Shown: one piece after another, positions 24,875 to 39,462 of the stretch
How positions within the stretch are numbered: the stretch's first letter is position 1
Layout: each line of letters opens with the position of its first letter
Assembly (NCBI RefSeq): GCF_026210795.1
Contig: NC_089432.1
Location: 1,736,001-1,800,000 of the forward strand
Length of the DNA stretch: 64,000 bases
Direction of reading: 5' to 3'
From: Rhizophagus irregularis
Lineage: Eukaryota
Translations under genes and position numbers: made by a program
The notes under the pieces: model-generated
Databases searched by the model: none
What the model was told of the DNA's origin: nothing
The model's input: only the letters and a program-made list of their open reading frames with translations

Positions 24875-27800
24875 ATGACAGAAGATCTGGAAAATGGAAG
24901 TTACGGAGAAAAAATAACTTATGTGTCCATTAGTCCGGATGGCTCGTTAATTGCAACGTTCAATCCATGTAAGTTATAAATAATTTATTATATATATATA
25001 TATGTATATACTGTAAATAAATAAAAATAAAAAGGTTAAAATTTTTCTGTCTTATTTTTTATAGATAAATCTTGTATATCGATTGAGAATGTCTTAGAAA
25101 ATGAGAAAAATGATAAAGCGATGGATTCAAGGACAGTAAAAACAACAATAGAGGTTGATAATAATCAATTCTTTGATAAAAAACCACAAAATATTCTTGG
25201 GTGGTCTTTAGCAGTTTCAGATATCATTGACAATGACGCTGGCTTGGTCGCAATTTCTTGTATAACTGACGATGATATGAATCAAGAAGAAACCATTGAG
25301 GAAGGCAGTTTTCAAAAAGCTTATTTACGATTATCTAGTATCAATATACGCGAGATTCATTACTCTCTCCTTCATATTCCTATCGAAATTGTTTCTTATT
25401 GTACCAATTTGTTTTTTATTGATCCAAATCCTGTTTCGAATCCTCTTCCTTACGTACTATTTATAGGCATTCCCTTTCTCATTCTCGCCTTGCCTGAATT
25501 CTTTTACGTTTCCAAAATTCTAAGAGGTGATAGTAAGCAATATCAATTATCTCGGACTTATAGTAAAGGGATGATAAGACTTTTTAAATTTTCACTTAAC
25601 AAAAATTGTTACGACAATGGCACTTCAATATTTCATCTTGGTGGAGTTGTTACCTTTTTAAAAAGTTTTAAAAAGAATAGTGCAACACTTGTTTGTACGA
25701 ATTGTGTTAAGATAAAAAAGTTTAAGATTAAATTAAGGAAAAATATTTCTGTATCAAAAAGTAATACATATTTATTACCCGAAAATTTATTTAAAAAATT
25801 AGAAAATATCAAGGATGCAAAAATTAATTGGAAATATATCTTAAAATCTAGATATCAGGAATTTTTAATGATTGATACGAATGATCATCAAAAGATAAAA
25901 AATATTGAAATATATAATATTAATACTTTACAGTTAGTAAATGTTTTTCATAGACATCGTGAAGAAGATTTTTTAATTTCAAATGATAATGAACCTGGAA
26001 TTTTTTCAATATCAACTGATTCAAGATTATTTGCTTATTCCTATGGAGATAATATTATTACAATTTATTTAATGGAAAGTGGTCTAGAGGTTGTTTCAAA
26101 AAAATTTAATGATATTTGTGAAATTATATTTTTAGAATTTATTGATGATGATAAAAAATTATTCATTATTGAACAAGGCAAAGGTGGTGATGTGAAATTT
26201 CATATTTGGCTTATGTCAGGATGTTTAAATGATTATTTTCCTATTCCCAAAGATGATATTACTTTATCAGATAATATTTTTACTTTATTGAAATATGATG
26301 AACATTATTATACTATAGCAAAAGCAAATGGGAAAGTAGTTTTTCTTAATGATAAGGACAATGAGAATCAATTTAAAGTTATACCAGAAATGTTTATAAA
26401 TATGGACACTTTTGATGAAAATAACAGCATAATTGATAAGCATGAGCATATATATTATTCACATGATATAGAACCATGGAATGATAAAGCTGAATATATT
26501 AGTGGTAGATTTCTTAACAATGACAAGAAATTCCTTCTTATAATCGGTCAGAATAGTATTCAACTGTGGAAATCCAAGTCACAAAATTTTAAAGATTTTG
26601 AAGATTTTAAAAGTTTTGAAAATTCGGACCTCGTTTATATTTTCATCAGCAATATTCCATTCGAAAGCAGACCTAAATTTCAAATTAAGAATGACATGAC
26701 CACTATTATAATTCACGCATGTAAATCACTTGCCTACCTATATAATCATAGACATATAAGACGTGTTGATTCTAAAGAAAAACATCAAAAATTTGTTAGC
26801 GGAATCAAAAATATTATTAAAGACTTTATAAGAAAATATCCTGATAATTGGAAACTTATGGAAGTCCAATATCCTTTAATGGCGTATCTAATTTATTCAC
26901 GTTCGTTTTCATTAATAAAATATATCTTATTTGGCACAAATGGTCAAACTAGTTCTCAAGAGAAAAATACCGAATTGTTACACAGACCTCAAAAAAATTA
27001 TGTCTCCTATCCATATTATCATGAACTGAGATTATATGATGATTTTAAATTAGAAGACGAAGATCTAATATCAACTAATGATTTGGAATTTGCTTTAAAA
27101 TACTGTAAAGGTTAATATTCTAGTTCTTCTTTACCCTATCGTTATTATTTATCACATTTTTAACTTAAACAATTTTTCATTTATTAGATCGAGATGCTGT
27201 TATTTTAGCATATTTATTAGAATATTATTCTGAAAATTCCATGACTCATATTGGTTGGATGATAAATGTTACAAAAATTCTTCCAGAATTATCTTTATCT
27301 AATCATGATTATTATGGTATATTATTCAATAATTTTTTTTTATCATTCTAAATTTTCTAATTATTGTTACTTTTATTAAAATTCATCTTAACTATTTATA
27401 TAGCTAATTATATGGATTTATTACTTTATAAACCTTGCTTTGGAGAAATGAAGTATAATTTTCCAATTAAAAGGTTTAAAGAATTATCAGTTCATCAAGA
27501 TGCAATTAAAGTATATATGCCACTTACTCGGCTTTTATCACCGAAAGAAATCTTTGGATATAAAAGAATGAGGTACTAATATATTTCATTAGTATTTAAT
27601 GCTAATTTTTTTAAATGTTTATTGATATTGGTTTTATTTAATATAGAAATAATATATTGCCCGATATTTATATGGTTCCACTTTCAAATTTTACGTCTTA
27701 CAATCCAAAAGCTAAAGAAAAAACTAAAAAAACCTTAATTGGAACATCAATAGCCAGTTTACGTTGTTTGAGAAGTATATTAATTCCACCTTATTATAGG

Positions 27801-29249
27801 GATTTAAATGCTAAAGATTTTAGTCCATTTCTTCAAATTGAAAAGAATGAGAATGAATTTTTTAATATTCCATCTATGGGAGCAACTATAAATTCAAGAT
27901 GGCGTCAAGCAATGAAGTATTGGGTAGGACCTTTGGGCTTATACATAGTATTTTTAATTATATTTTCAACACTTTCTCAGATTTATTTAAGTGATAATTT
28001 AAATTATGGCTTGAATATAACTATGATAGTGATTTTTTATTATATTGGAACATATCTGTTATTAATTGAGTTGATGCAAATGGTGAAATATAGAAGCAAA
28101 TATTTTACAATATTCAATATGCTTGACCTGTGTAGCATTTTTTTAGGTATAATTGTTTTTACCTTGATATTATTAGTGAGAGTGTTTGATAAGGCAATTG
28201 GAATCAGTAATGAAACAATTATTGTTTTAACTACAATAACTATATTATTACTTTGGGTTGAATTGGTACGCTTAATAATTTTTATGGTTCTTTAATTATA
28301 TAATTTATATATTAATTTTTTTATTTATTTTTTTAGCTCTTATGGTTTCGATTATTTTCTGTAATAGCAATTAATATATTTATATTTGGGAATATTTTAA
28401 AAAAGATTATACCATTTTTTGCATTTATGTTCATTTTAATAATTGGATTTGGACATTCAATGTAATTTTTGATTTTTTTTATTTTGTATTAATTCTATCT
28501 ATTAAAAGAAAAGTAATTTCATTTTTTATGTTTATAAATAGGTTTATTCTTCTTGGACATCCATCACTTCTTGATGTATATCCATCAACTTCAACTTTCA
28601 CATTAGATAATGGAACTGAAAATTTAACTTTAACAGGACCAAGCCAAGATAATCCTTTTGATACAATATGGGATTCAATACTTTCCATGTACTACATGAA
28701 TACAATTGATTTGAATAATTATAATTATTGGCAATTAAAATTATTTGCTCTTGTTGCAAATATTGTTGTAGTACTTGTTTTATTTAACATGATTATTGCA
28801 TTGATGAAGTAAGTAAATAATATTCTTATTAAATTTGTATTTATTTATAAATAATTATTTAACTTTTTTAAATTTTATTTAGTGATACATTTAATAATGC
28901 TAAAGAAGCTGGTAATCATGGACTTTTGATGTATAGAGCGGAACTTATTAATGATTTTGAAAGACTTGATATTTCTTATCATAGTCTAACATTCTATAAT
29001 TCACCATATATCTGTTTTCATCAAGATCCTGAGTTAATGAAAAAATGGATGAAAAAATCTCAAGAATTTAGAGAAACAAAATTATATTCATGGTTTAATG
29101 AGAGTGTTGATAAAGAAATTATAACTTATGATAATGAAGATATTAAATCTTGGTATGAAGCTCTTATTATGAATAATGAAAATCAAGACTCTTTATCTAT
29201 TATTTCTAGTTCATCATCAGCACCTGATCTTATGATACTCGGGTCCTAA
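24875..29249 (+). CDS. WD40-like/TRP-type cation channel paralog 3, apparently intact. Exons approx. 24875-24968, 25065-27110, 27188-27316, 27404-27572, 27647-28265, 28337-28461, 28542-28808, 28883-29249
   Basis: The exon 1/2 junction is in frame with the 664-aa ORF. Conserved GT-AG introns. TM block and pore helix NPFDTIWDSILSMYY...LFNMIIALMNDTF, followed by YRAELIND. Confidence 0.9.
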
Positions 29250-30374
29250 ATTTTTTATTTTATTTTTTATTTTTATTTTTATTTCATTTTATTTATTTTA
29301 CTAATTAGAATGAATGTGTTTAATTATTTTTATTTTTGATTTAATTTTCATTTAATTTGATGGATGGACTTTATAGTTTTATTTTACCTTATTCATCATT
29401 AATTTTGTATTTTTGTGTGTACTATATAATTATAATGTAATCAATGTAATAATAAAAAAAATTCATTTCTATTTTAGAAAAATTAATAAATTATATATAA
29501 ATTATATAAATTCAAAAAAAAATTTTTAAAAATGAGTTTTTAACAGGATATGTGTATTATTTGTTCTTAATTTATTATTTAGAATTTAAGTACTAGAACT
29601 ATCAAGAGGAATTTATAAACAACAACAACTTTTTGATTAATAATATTATTGCTAAATGAGATTGTAATAAAAACTTAATATTTTCATTTTAGTTGATATT
29701 AGTTTACAAGATTACCTACCTAAATAATAGAATTTTTTTTAAACAAAAAAAAAAATGATATTAAATCACATTTCTGTTTTAATAAATAATTAATACAATT
29801 TGATTACTTTCTAATAGCATTATTATGAAGAGGTTATTCTTTAAGAAAAAATTTTCCTGTAAAGTCTTAAAATAATTTCAGCTTCAAATACAGGAACTCA
29901 TTTGGATACAGAATTATTCTTTTGAATAAAAGATATCACTTTAATTTCAATGATTTGTATCATATTTCCTTAAAACTCCCAATGGTTTTCCTTATAATGT
30001 AATCTGTAATATCTCATATATCTCATTTGGTAACAAAGAAATAAAAATAAGTTTTGTGAACATAATTATTGTATTTTTTTTTCATCAAGAAATAATTTTG
30101 AATTAAAACAGTTTATATTTTTAATGAATATATAAATTTTTTTCGAAAGAAAATAATTGGTCAAACCAATTTTTTTTTTGTTAATTAATTTCTATAGTAA
30201 TTATTACAATTAACAAATTTTTTATTTTATATGATGATACACAAATTATAATTAAAATTTCCGTATTACTGCTAATATTATTCAGTTACAATATTTAATC
30301 ATAAACATTAAAAGTAAATATCTTGCATATAAATAGTATACAGTATAATAATATATCATATTTCATTAGGTTAA

Positions 30375-31838
30375 TCAAAAATTTTTTTCCATTTTAATTT
30401 CAAATTTCTTAATAATACCTAATTTGACATATTTATCAAAAGCTATTTTTATATCCTCCATATCTATTTTTGATTCAATAATGCGATGATTAGAAACAAA
30501 AATAATCAGTGAAAATGATCTATATGATACATTATGATTTTGCCAGTTTTTAGAAAATTCCTCCAAGTCTTTAAGAAGACAATTTATTTGCTTTCTAAAA
30601 TAACAATCTAAAATTAAAGTATGAAAATATTTTTGTGAATAATTTGTTAAAATCTTGAATAAGGTTTCACCACTTTGCCAATCCTCATAACAAAGTTTAA
30701 TAATTTCTAAATGTTGACAATTATTTAAAATTAGTTTCAATAATTCTTCCTCCTCAATATTAGAGTATAAAATTCTAAGATTTGGACAATGTTTAGCTAG
30801 AGTTAAATTCATTAATGAACTATAGTAGTAAATATTAAGTATGTATAATTCTGTTAAATTTTTTCCATTAATTTCCAAAAATTTACATACACTGTGTACC
30901 AGCATATCAATGCCAGTGCCAGTTGAAAATATGTAATTGATTCTTAAAATCTTCAATTGTGAAAAATAAACATACTGTAATTGATCAAAAGCAGAATAAT
31001 CAAAATATAAATCTATATGGAGTTCTTGTAAATTTTTGAACATGGCTATAAATGATAAGGTTATATTACACTTATATAATGCTAACTTTGTTAATGTTAA
31101 AGAATGCTTAATTAACGAAGTGGTTATTTTATCATCATAATTATTATAATGCTTAAGAATTACAATTTTTAGATTATTTTGTGAAGAAATTAAATCTGTT
31201 AACCAATTTGAAATTTGAGATTCAAAAACTATAGTTAATGATTGCATATTATGACATAGTTGAGTCATTTGATAAAATAATTCAAAACAAATATTCGAAC
31301 CACATTTTAATTCTGTGAGACTTTCTAAATGAATTTTTGCTTCAGGTAAATAAATAAATTTAATATCTACTGAATTTGAATGCTTCAAATCCAAAACTTT
31401 TAATGATGTAATTTGATTCATAAACATTTTTAATATTTCTTGTGATAAGATTTCTAAAACAGATGATTGCTGATTTACAAGTAAATACTGAATCATTTTA
31501 TTAATTTTACAAATTGAAATAACTTTGCAAAATGATGCATAATTAAACAATGGAGGCTTCCGAAACATAATGGTAGTATTAACACCATTCTTAATTAAAA
31601 GCTTTTTTGATTCTTTAGGAAGACAACTAATTAAAGTAGTAATAATTGATGCTGATATATCACAAGATTTATCATAAAAGTAAAATTTACAAAACTTCCA
31701 AAAATCCCTCCATAAAATTCTAACTGCAATTTCACAAAAAAGTTGATTAACTAATAGACAAGAATATAAAGTATTTTTATCATCATTTAAATATTCTAAT
31801 ATATCATTAAGACAATCATAAGGAAGTTGACAAGACAT
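30375..31838 (-). CDS. F-box / RNI-like leucine-rich-repeat protein (487 aa, intronless)
   Basis: F-box LPYDCLNDILEYL...TLYSCLLVNQLFCEIAVRILWRDFW, PPLFNYASFCK, LRR-like units, CPNLR, and C-terminal LEEFSKNW. Confidence 0.9.
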   Translation of the reverse strand: MSCQLPYDCLNDILEYLNDDKNTLYSCLLVNQLFCEIAVRILWRDFWKFCKFYFYDKSCDISASIITTLISCLPKESKKLLIKNGVNTTIMFRKPPLFNYASFCKVISICKINKMIQYLLVNQQSSVLEILSQEILKMFMNQITSLKVLDLKHSNSVDIKFIYLPEAKIHLESLTELKCGSNICFELFYQMTQLCHNMQSLTIVFESQISNWLTDLISSQNNLKIVILKHYNNYDDKITTSLIKHSLTLTKLALYKCNITLSFIAMFKNLQELHIDLYFDYSAFDQLQYVYFSQLKILRINYIFSTGTGIDMLVHSVCKFLEINGKNLTELYILNIYYYSSLMNLTLAKHCPNLRILYSNIEEEELLKLILNNCQHLEIIKLCYEDWQSGETLFKILTNYSQKYFHTLILDCYFRKQINCLLKDLEEFSKNWQNHNVSYRSFSLIIFVSNHRIIESKIDMEDIKIAFDKYVKLGIIKKFEIKMEKNF

Positions 31839-33189
31839 TTTATTTGTTTTTAATAAAATGTTGAATGATTTAAGGATGATAAATTAATAAACTAATTTAA
31901 GGATGATAATTTGTAAATTATTTAAGCAAACCTTCTCCACTCCATTTAAATGGAAATTAGTGTGTAACAAATTTTTCATGTTAGTTCAAAATTACTATTC
32001 ACTTTATCATATTGCATACAAAATTACTAATAATTTTCCTAAATCGGAGATACTAGTCAAGATAATCAAGATGATTCATGATTGATCTTATATAAAATTG
32101 ACTTTTGGTCCCGATGAATTTTGCATATTGTTATAAATATATGATTCAACCGGATGAACCAAGATAATTTTTTTTTGGATATCCGGATAAATACTTTGGT
32201 TAAAAAATATCCAGATTGACTCATGATAAATACAATTTTTTTTTTTAAAATCTAAAAATTCGATTTTTGATTTTTAGTTAAATTAATACTAATTTGATTT
32301 TATACTATAGCATGTAATTTGTAAAAAATGAAATACTTGTCTTTTAATTAAATGATTCCATGATTTTAAATATTTTTTTTTATAATTAGAATGGTTGTGT
32401 TGAAACATATATATACTCTTACTTTTGATTAACTAAAATATTTTTAATCTATAAATTTTTTATATAAAGTGATTTTTTCGTTGGCTAAAAATAGTCATAA
32501 TGATTTTTATCGATAATTATTGTAATGTGTAAGTGGCAAAATGAAATTTGATAGTACATGTAGGATATTTTTGAAATAAAGATCATACCACTCATTTTTT
32601 ATGAATTATTCGTAACCATTCTATATAGTATCTATTAAATAATTATTTAACTTTTGAAGTTGACAACATATTTACATCACCAATCCTATTGAATCCCTTG
32701 TCACATTTTTACTTTGTCATTTATTATTAATTCACATTTAATAAATACTTTTTAAATAACTTTAATAAAAAGAAATCATATTCAGGGTGGTTTAGTTATA
32801 GCACTTAATATGTACAGTTATTGACTTTAAAGTATATATTAAAACAGTGACAGTGCAAAATATTCTCTTTTGAGGCCTATATTAAATTTTCACTAAAAAA
32901 AAATAATTTTTATATTATAACATAAACGATTTATGTATATAATATTAGAAAAAATATTCATAAAAAATTTTATTTTAAAATGAAACTTTACTTATTGTGA
33001 TATAATTTTTAACTGTAACTTATTGAAATATAGATCAAAAGCAAAAAGAATAAAAATCAAAGAAATTCTTGTTTATAAATTTAATATGAAAATTAATAAT
33101 AAAACATCTCTAAACGTTTTTGAGCATTTTTCTGTCGAAAGGTGTTCTTCGTCACTATTCGTAATAGCCTTTCCAATCGTTCATCCTCA

Positions 33190-33420
<231 letters not shown>

Positions 33421-35249
33421 TCATATTTATATTTTTGGAGAAAATATTTATGAATAATAAATTATAAATTTTGCTTGCTCTGATCATGATTCAGGAATAA
33501 TAACATTCGCCATTTAAAATAAACAATAAAATATAATTATTATTTAAATCATATTATTTGTAATAAATAACAAAATAAAATAGCATTTACCTAATGTTTG
33601 TTATTTTCAATAAATTTCTTGGCCTTTTCTTGGATGTTTTTCAATATTTCCGTAATAACAAATTTTAAATTAAAGTCAATATTTTTGATAAGACAAAATT
33701 TGCAAAAAAAAAAATTTTTATGAAACATTTACTGAGCTAGAAGCTATATGTTAACAACTTCAATTGTCAAATAAATTGTATTACATCTGGCAAAGCCAAT
33801 AATGATTTATTGAATAAACACGTTTTCATGTGACATGTGAGTGACATAAATATTAAAACATTTCTTATATTAAATAAAAACATTTCTTTATTTTTATTTT
33901 TTTACTACTAAAGTTGCAGAAAAAATTAAATAATAATTATTTTATAAAAAATAACAATGGCTATTTGAAAAGAATGTAATTTTGGGTATTATCAACAAGA
34001 TGGTGAACTAATCGATAATTTTTGAAAAAGAAGTGGAAGAAATGATCAAAATAGATAATAATGATAATGACGGACTACTGAATAATGAGATAATATTAAT
34101 AAATTATAATATTGCTTTAGATGATTATGTATTACATTGGAAAACAATATAATATTTGTAGATAATTGTAACTGAGCCAATTTTTGATAATCATCATCTA
34201 TTATTAAGTAGATTGAAATAAAAAATGTTATAATATCATCGTTTTTTTTTAAAAAAAAGTGATGAAAATTTTTTTAGCTAGTAGACACAAAAATATTGGC
34301 ACGTAGTGAATAATTTATATAATTTATTTAAAATTGTATTAAAATGACTAACATATTGTTGTTAAAGCTGTAAATTTTGCTAGTTTAATTTTAAAATTTT
34401 AATGATTTAATACGGATATACGATTAAAATATTTTTACTTATATAATAAATTAATCTCCAGAAAGACTTCTAATAGGAAGTCGATTTTTCAAAAAATATA
34501 TATATATCACGTGGTATCACGTGGTTTTTATGACCACATCTGTCTAGCTTTTCTTTTAGTTTCTTTCATAAAGTATTTTTCATCTTTTTGTTAAAGGGTT
34601 TCTATTATTTTTTTTTATATCATTTCAAAATTTTGAAATTACTAAATCCAGAAATTTGATTGATATATATTGAGCATAATTTATATAATTATTAAAAACT
34701 AACCTATAAAGTTCATAATTCAGATCCGGCTTAAATACTTTTCGCGAGTTGAAGATCATGATATTTAAACTTTGATTCCAAATATCATTTCTTAAACATT
34801 AATTTATTTTTATTTATTAATTTTATTGATGAAGGTTGGTCAGAATGCTTAAATGCATTTAGGAGAGAGAATATATGATAAAAATAAAATGAACTGACTA
34901 TCCTAAAAAGTATTAATCGTAAGAAAATGCTCTAATCTTAACCATAATATGTATGATAATACATTACGTCATTTACCATACACTGACTTATTACAAAACA
35001 TGTTCATCCTATTTTCTATTAGACATCACACCATATAAAAGAAACGTAGGAACTAGGAACGTTATATTCACTATTTATGAAACTTCTTAAAATTATTCAG
35101 AATAGTATACTAACTTTATATGTTTAAAAAAAACTCTTTTTTAAAATAAAAATCGGATAATTGAACTATCTGGCGTATAACATTTTTTTTAAAAAATAAA
35201 CAGTGCATGTTTCTGGATTATATTTGCAAAAAAAGCAAAAAAAAAAATG

Positions 35250-36059
35250 TATAAATATATAAAATTTGGTATAAAAAATCTACTGAACAAGAATATAATG
35301 AGGCACAAAATATTCTTGGATGACTATATGAAGAAATTTACCAAGATTTAGATAAATCATTATATTGATATGAAAAAGCAGCAAAGAATGGAAATAAATT
35401 CACACAATATAAATTAGGATGTTTTTATGAAAATGGTAAAGAAAAACAAAAGATATAAAAAAGCGATTGAATGGTATGAAAAATCAGCTAAACAAGGGTG
35501 TAGTTTTGCACAATATTGTTTAGGATATTCATTTGAAAATGGAGAAGGAATTGATCAAGATTTAGGAAATGCAATTTATTGGTACAAAAAAGCAGCTGAA
35601 GATGGAAATAGAACTGCACAATATAGGATAGGATATTTTTATGAAAATGAAAGAGGAATGCGAAAGGATATAAAAAAAGCAATTGAATGGTATGAAATAT
35701 CAGCTATACAAGAGTATAATAATGCACAATGTGGTCTAGGATTTATACGAAAAAGGCAAAGGAATCGATCAAGATTTAAGCAAAGCAGTTTATTGGTACA
35801 AAAAACGCAGTAGAAAATGGATATGAAGCTACATATTATTGTTTGGGTAAATGTCATCAAGGTGGAACTTAAAGCATTTGAATATTATAAAAAATCAGCT
35901 GAAAAAGGATATTTAAATAGAATATATATACTTGGATGCTGTTATGGGAATGAGATTGGAACCGAAATTGATAATGAAAAGGCAGTTGAATTGTATAAAG
36001 GTGCTGCTAACAAAGGAAATAAAGATGCACAAAAAAGACTAGAAATGATGAGTTCATAA
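35250..36059 (+). pseudogene. Sel1-like repeat protein, disrupted
   Basis: Repeated A..WY.KSA.QG...AQ..LG..Y.NG.G units spread over several frames. In-frame TGA codons near 35321 and 35367 and frameshifts near 35450, 35740 and 35850. Confidence 0.85.
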
Positions 36060-37254
36060 TTTTACATTCTTTAATCAGTCTAATCATAATTTTATAATAG
36101 TTCAAAATCGGTTCTATCATTCTACTATTTTGATTATTTTTTTTATATTTTTTATTTTCTAAAATTATCATATATTTTGTATAATTTATTATTTATTCTA
36201 TATTTTATCATATTAATATTACTATATTTATTATTAAAATGAATGACTTTAAATCTTTAAAATTACAAATTTAATTATTAAATAAAATATAACTTAAAGT
36301 CATCCTGGCGAAGCAAGTATTTCAAAATTGAATTGTATCACGTCATATTGATTGTGTAATGGTGGAGCCTTCGTTATGCGATTCAAGATTTGCACAGAAC
36401 TGAAATATTGTGAGAAATAGCTTTTTTACATCCGTAGTATACAATTATCACGTGAAATAAGGATAAATTTAAAAAGAAATTAGAAAAATAAAATTGGCAC
36501 CGAATAAATTAAAATTTGTCAAGGAATTGAGTTATATCAAAAATTTGGAATTATTTCTATTTTGATAAATGTCAAAGCCCTGCTACGGATAATTGCAGTT
36601 TTTTTATCCAATAAATTAAAGAGAATATTATTTTTATATTATTTTGTATAGCTTCTACTACTTTAAATAAAGATTATAGTAAATAACTTTCTATTTAATG
36701 ATTTCTGCGTATTTTAATCATTTCAATAACAAAACAGTTTCTAAAATTAAAAAAAAACATTTTGCTTTCATATCCCACCTGAGTAGATCCGAATCGTTAT
36801 CATGTCTCTTTACGTCATCTAATAACAAAATATCAAAGTAATTTCATATCTTATATATCTTATATACAATAATTTGATATATTATACTAGTAAGTTTTTT
36901 TATTAGATAAAATATTGATAATACTTTACATGTTAATTATGAGATTAGATACTGTAATATCGTTGATTTTATATGAGTAATAATGCAAACTAACATATTT
37001 TAATCATTATATACTTACGCCTGCAAATTTTCCATATAACTTAGACTTTTCAGTATACTTTTTTTATTGTCCGAAATAGGATCTTGTGTAACTATCGGAA
37101 TTTCATTTTTGTTATGTATCACGCGTGATTAGATAAAATATTGATAATATTAATTATGGATTAGAGATTAGATACTGTGATATCGTTGACTTTATATGAG
37201 TAATAATGCAAACTAACATATTTTATCGATACGCAGTATATTATAATCAGTATA

Positions 37255-39462
37255 TTTTTTATTTTTTATTTTTTTTTTGGTAAACGTATTTATTAATTTA
37301 TTAGTAAATGTAACGCATCACAATACAAAATAATTATAACAATATACTTGAAATTCAGGATCAAACAATCCTGAACCCCTCCATACCAAAGCCATGGGTT
37401 ATCTAACCAAGGCGCGAATAAACATAACCAAAGATAGAACTAATATAAAATATTACATCTGGGTGAAAGCTATTCAACAAAAAAAAAAAACTATTTTTTA
37501 ATTCTACTACTCCTACCCTTTTTTACCACTCTACTAAGACCTTCCAAGGGTGTTTTATTTATTTTGTCAGTATCGGGTGTATTTTCAGGTTGGAGTTCCA
37601 TTTTCTTTTCAACTTCGCTCGAGCTATCTATGGTTGAATCATCTTCCGAATCACTACTTCTTGCGCCTTGTTTCTTCTTTATACGCTTTTTGACATCTTT
37701 TAAACATTCATCATCGTCCGAAGACTCTGATAAAGGTGACTTGTCTTCCTTATCCTTTAAAAAAGGGTTATTGTTTGAGAGCGTATACGGACGATCACTC
37801 TCCTTTTGTAGTCTTTCTGTACAATCGGCGTTGACTTTGGCAAATTCATGTAATTCCACAGGCGTAACAACTTTACTTATCGGCTTTTCTTTACATATTT
37901 TCCTCTTCTCTTCCATTCTTTGAGCATACCTTCTATGCTCTAATATAAGCGCTTCCTTTCTTTTTTGTATTTCTATATTTTTGTCTAATAAATCTGGTAG
38001 AATTCCTTCTTGAGTCGGTGCTATTTTATGTTCTATAAAAACTTCTCCTCTATATTCTTCTATTATCTTAACCACATTCTCCGGTGAAGTGTATCCTTTA
38101 GTCGTAGGCGTTACCGAGGGCTGAATTTGTGTTTCGGGTTCATCCAGCAAATTCTTCCTGTATTTGTTAACAGTATCGACTACTTCTTCTGTGGTTGTAT
38201 GTATGACAGTATTAGGCGTAGCTGATGTTGATCCATGGTTGTTAATGGATATTACTTTGTTGTTTTTTCCCAGGGACGTGCTTATGAGAGATCTGACTGT
38301 CACCTCTCTTGAGGCTATTTTCGCCATACTCTCGTTGCGTCTTCCATGTATTACCCATTTGTTATCCATACTTTTATCCATGGCAATCGCTGCCTCGAGT
38401 TGTTCTTTATTTTTGAAATATGCTAAGAAAACCGTCTTATTTCCAAAACACGCTGTTTTTCCAAATTCGAAGGTGAAGTTATTTCTCGCTATGTCTTGGT
38501 AGTAATTCGTTTGAATCACTTTGTAGGCTTTGCACTTGCATTTTTCCTTTATGTCTTTTACTGTCTTGTCTCCATGGAACCAACGGACATCAATGACTTT
38601 TTTATTTTTATCGTTGCTTCCAATCAGTATCTTTTCTTTCCACACTCCTTTCACGAACGACTCTTCGTATTCTTCTAATAATGAAATCTCGGCTTTCACC
38701 GATTGATATTTATAATGTTTTTTTATCGTAATTCTATGCACCGTTCCTAATTGTTTAATTGCGTTGCATACTTCTGTCTCGCTATAGCGTACTGGGATAT
38801 CGTAAAAAAGCATATCACGTGACCGAGTTCCTTGCGCCTCCTGACCTGGGACTTGATCGGCTTTTGTTGGAAGTACAATCTCCTGAACTAGTCTATTTTT
38901 AATTTTTTTCACGTTTTTCTTTTTTTTGCTTTTTTCCTTGTTCTTGGACGTTTTTGATTGGTGTTTTGACTCGCTATCAATTTCTGCATTTAGCGTTGTA
39001 TCTTGTGTCGGATTTTTTTGCTGCGCTTGGTGCAGCCAAGAACGAAGGCGAGAATTTTGTTTTCCAATATTTTGAACGTCGTTATTTTGTATTCTATATG
39101 CAAACCTCATTATACTTCTTGCTATTATTTCTACATTTTCACCCTTTATACCTGTTATCTCACTAATTTCAACTAGTAGCCTGTGGGTTTTAAGCGTCCT
39201 GAAAAAAATTTTGTCGAAGGTATCATCCAGCTCCTCTTTTTGTCGTAACTGAGCTTCTTTGAAGTTTTTTGTCACAAAAGTCTTGACATCTCTTAAGAGC
39301 TGTTCTTCGAACTCCTCTTGTCCCCGGTATGACTCCATTTTATTAAAATTTTTTTTTTGTAAGAAAAAGCAAAAAAATTTAAATTTTTATTATTATTTTA
39401 CTAGTCTTACTGCGGAATTCTAAGAATTTTGGTTCCCACGGGAAAGAGTTTTTTTTTTTTTC
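37255..39462 (-). mobile_element. Non-autonomous non-LTR (LINE-like) retroelement, ~2.2 kb, single ORF
   Basis: Direct repeat ttataatcagtata(t) at 37241-37255 and 39463-39477 (TSD). An A-rich tail on the minus strand at 37255-37278. Higher GC than the flanks. The paralogous uninterrupted site is at ~60046-60060. Confidence 0.85.
37491..39338 (-). CDS. LINE ORF1-like nucleic-acid-binding protein (615 aa), no RT or endonuclease
   Basis: RRM-like segment DMLFYDIPVRYSETEVCNAIKQLGTVHRITI, basic tracts, predicted coiled coils and an acidic/Ser-rich tail. No Y/FxDD RT motif or APE motifs seen. The ORF1 assignment is inferred from context. Confidence 0.65.
   Translation of the reverse strand: MESYRGQEEFEEQLLRDVKTFVTKNFKEAQLRQKEELDDTFDKIFFRTLKTHRLLVEISEITGIKGENVEIIARSIMRFAYRIQNNDVQNIGKQNSRLRSWLHQAQQKNPTQDTTLNAEIDSESKHQSKTSKNKEKSKKKKNVKKIKNRLVQEIVLPTKADQVPGQEAQGTRSRDMLFYDIPVRYSETEVCNAIKQLGTVHRITIKKHYKYQSVKAEISLLEEYEESFVKGVWKEKILIGSNDKNKKVIDVRWFHGDKTVKDIKEKCKCKAYKVIQTNYYQDIARNNFTFEFGKTACFGNKTVFLAYFKNKEQLEAAIAMDKSMDNKWVIHGRRNESMAKIASREVTVRSLISTSLGKNNKVISINNHGSTSATPNTVIHTTTEEVVDTVNKYRKNLLDEPETQIQPSVTPTTKGYTSPENVVKIIEEYRGEVFIEHKIAPTQEGILPDLLDKNIEIQKRKEALILEHRRYAQRMEEKRKICKEKPISKVVTPVELHEFAKVNADCTERLQKESDRPYTLSNNNPFLKDKEDKSPLSESSDDDECLKDVKKRIKKKQGARSSDSEDDSTIDSSSEVEKKMELQPENTPDTDKINKTPLEGLSRVVKKGRSSRIKK

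Noticed and set aside
29800..30045. Possible gene remnant on the minus strand (SLLPNEIYEIL...)
   Set aside because: Too degraded, with multiple stops, to assign a family. Not counted toward the channel/F-box pairing.
37564..39166. Plus-strand ORFs overlapping the retroelement ORF, and similar shadows over the transposase, channel and kinase exons
   Set aside because: Antisense or alternate-frame shadows with no independent motifs.
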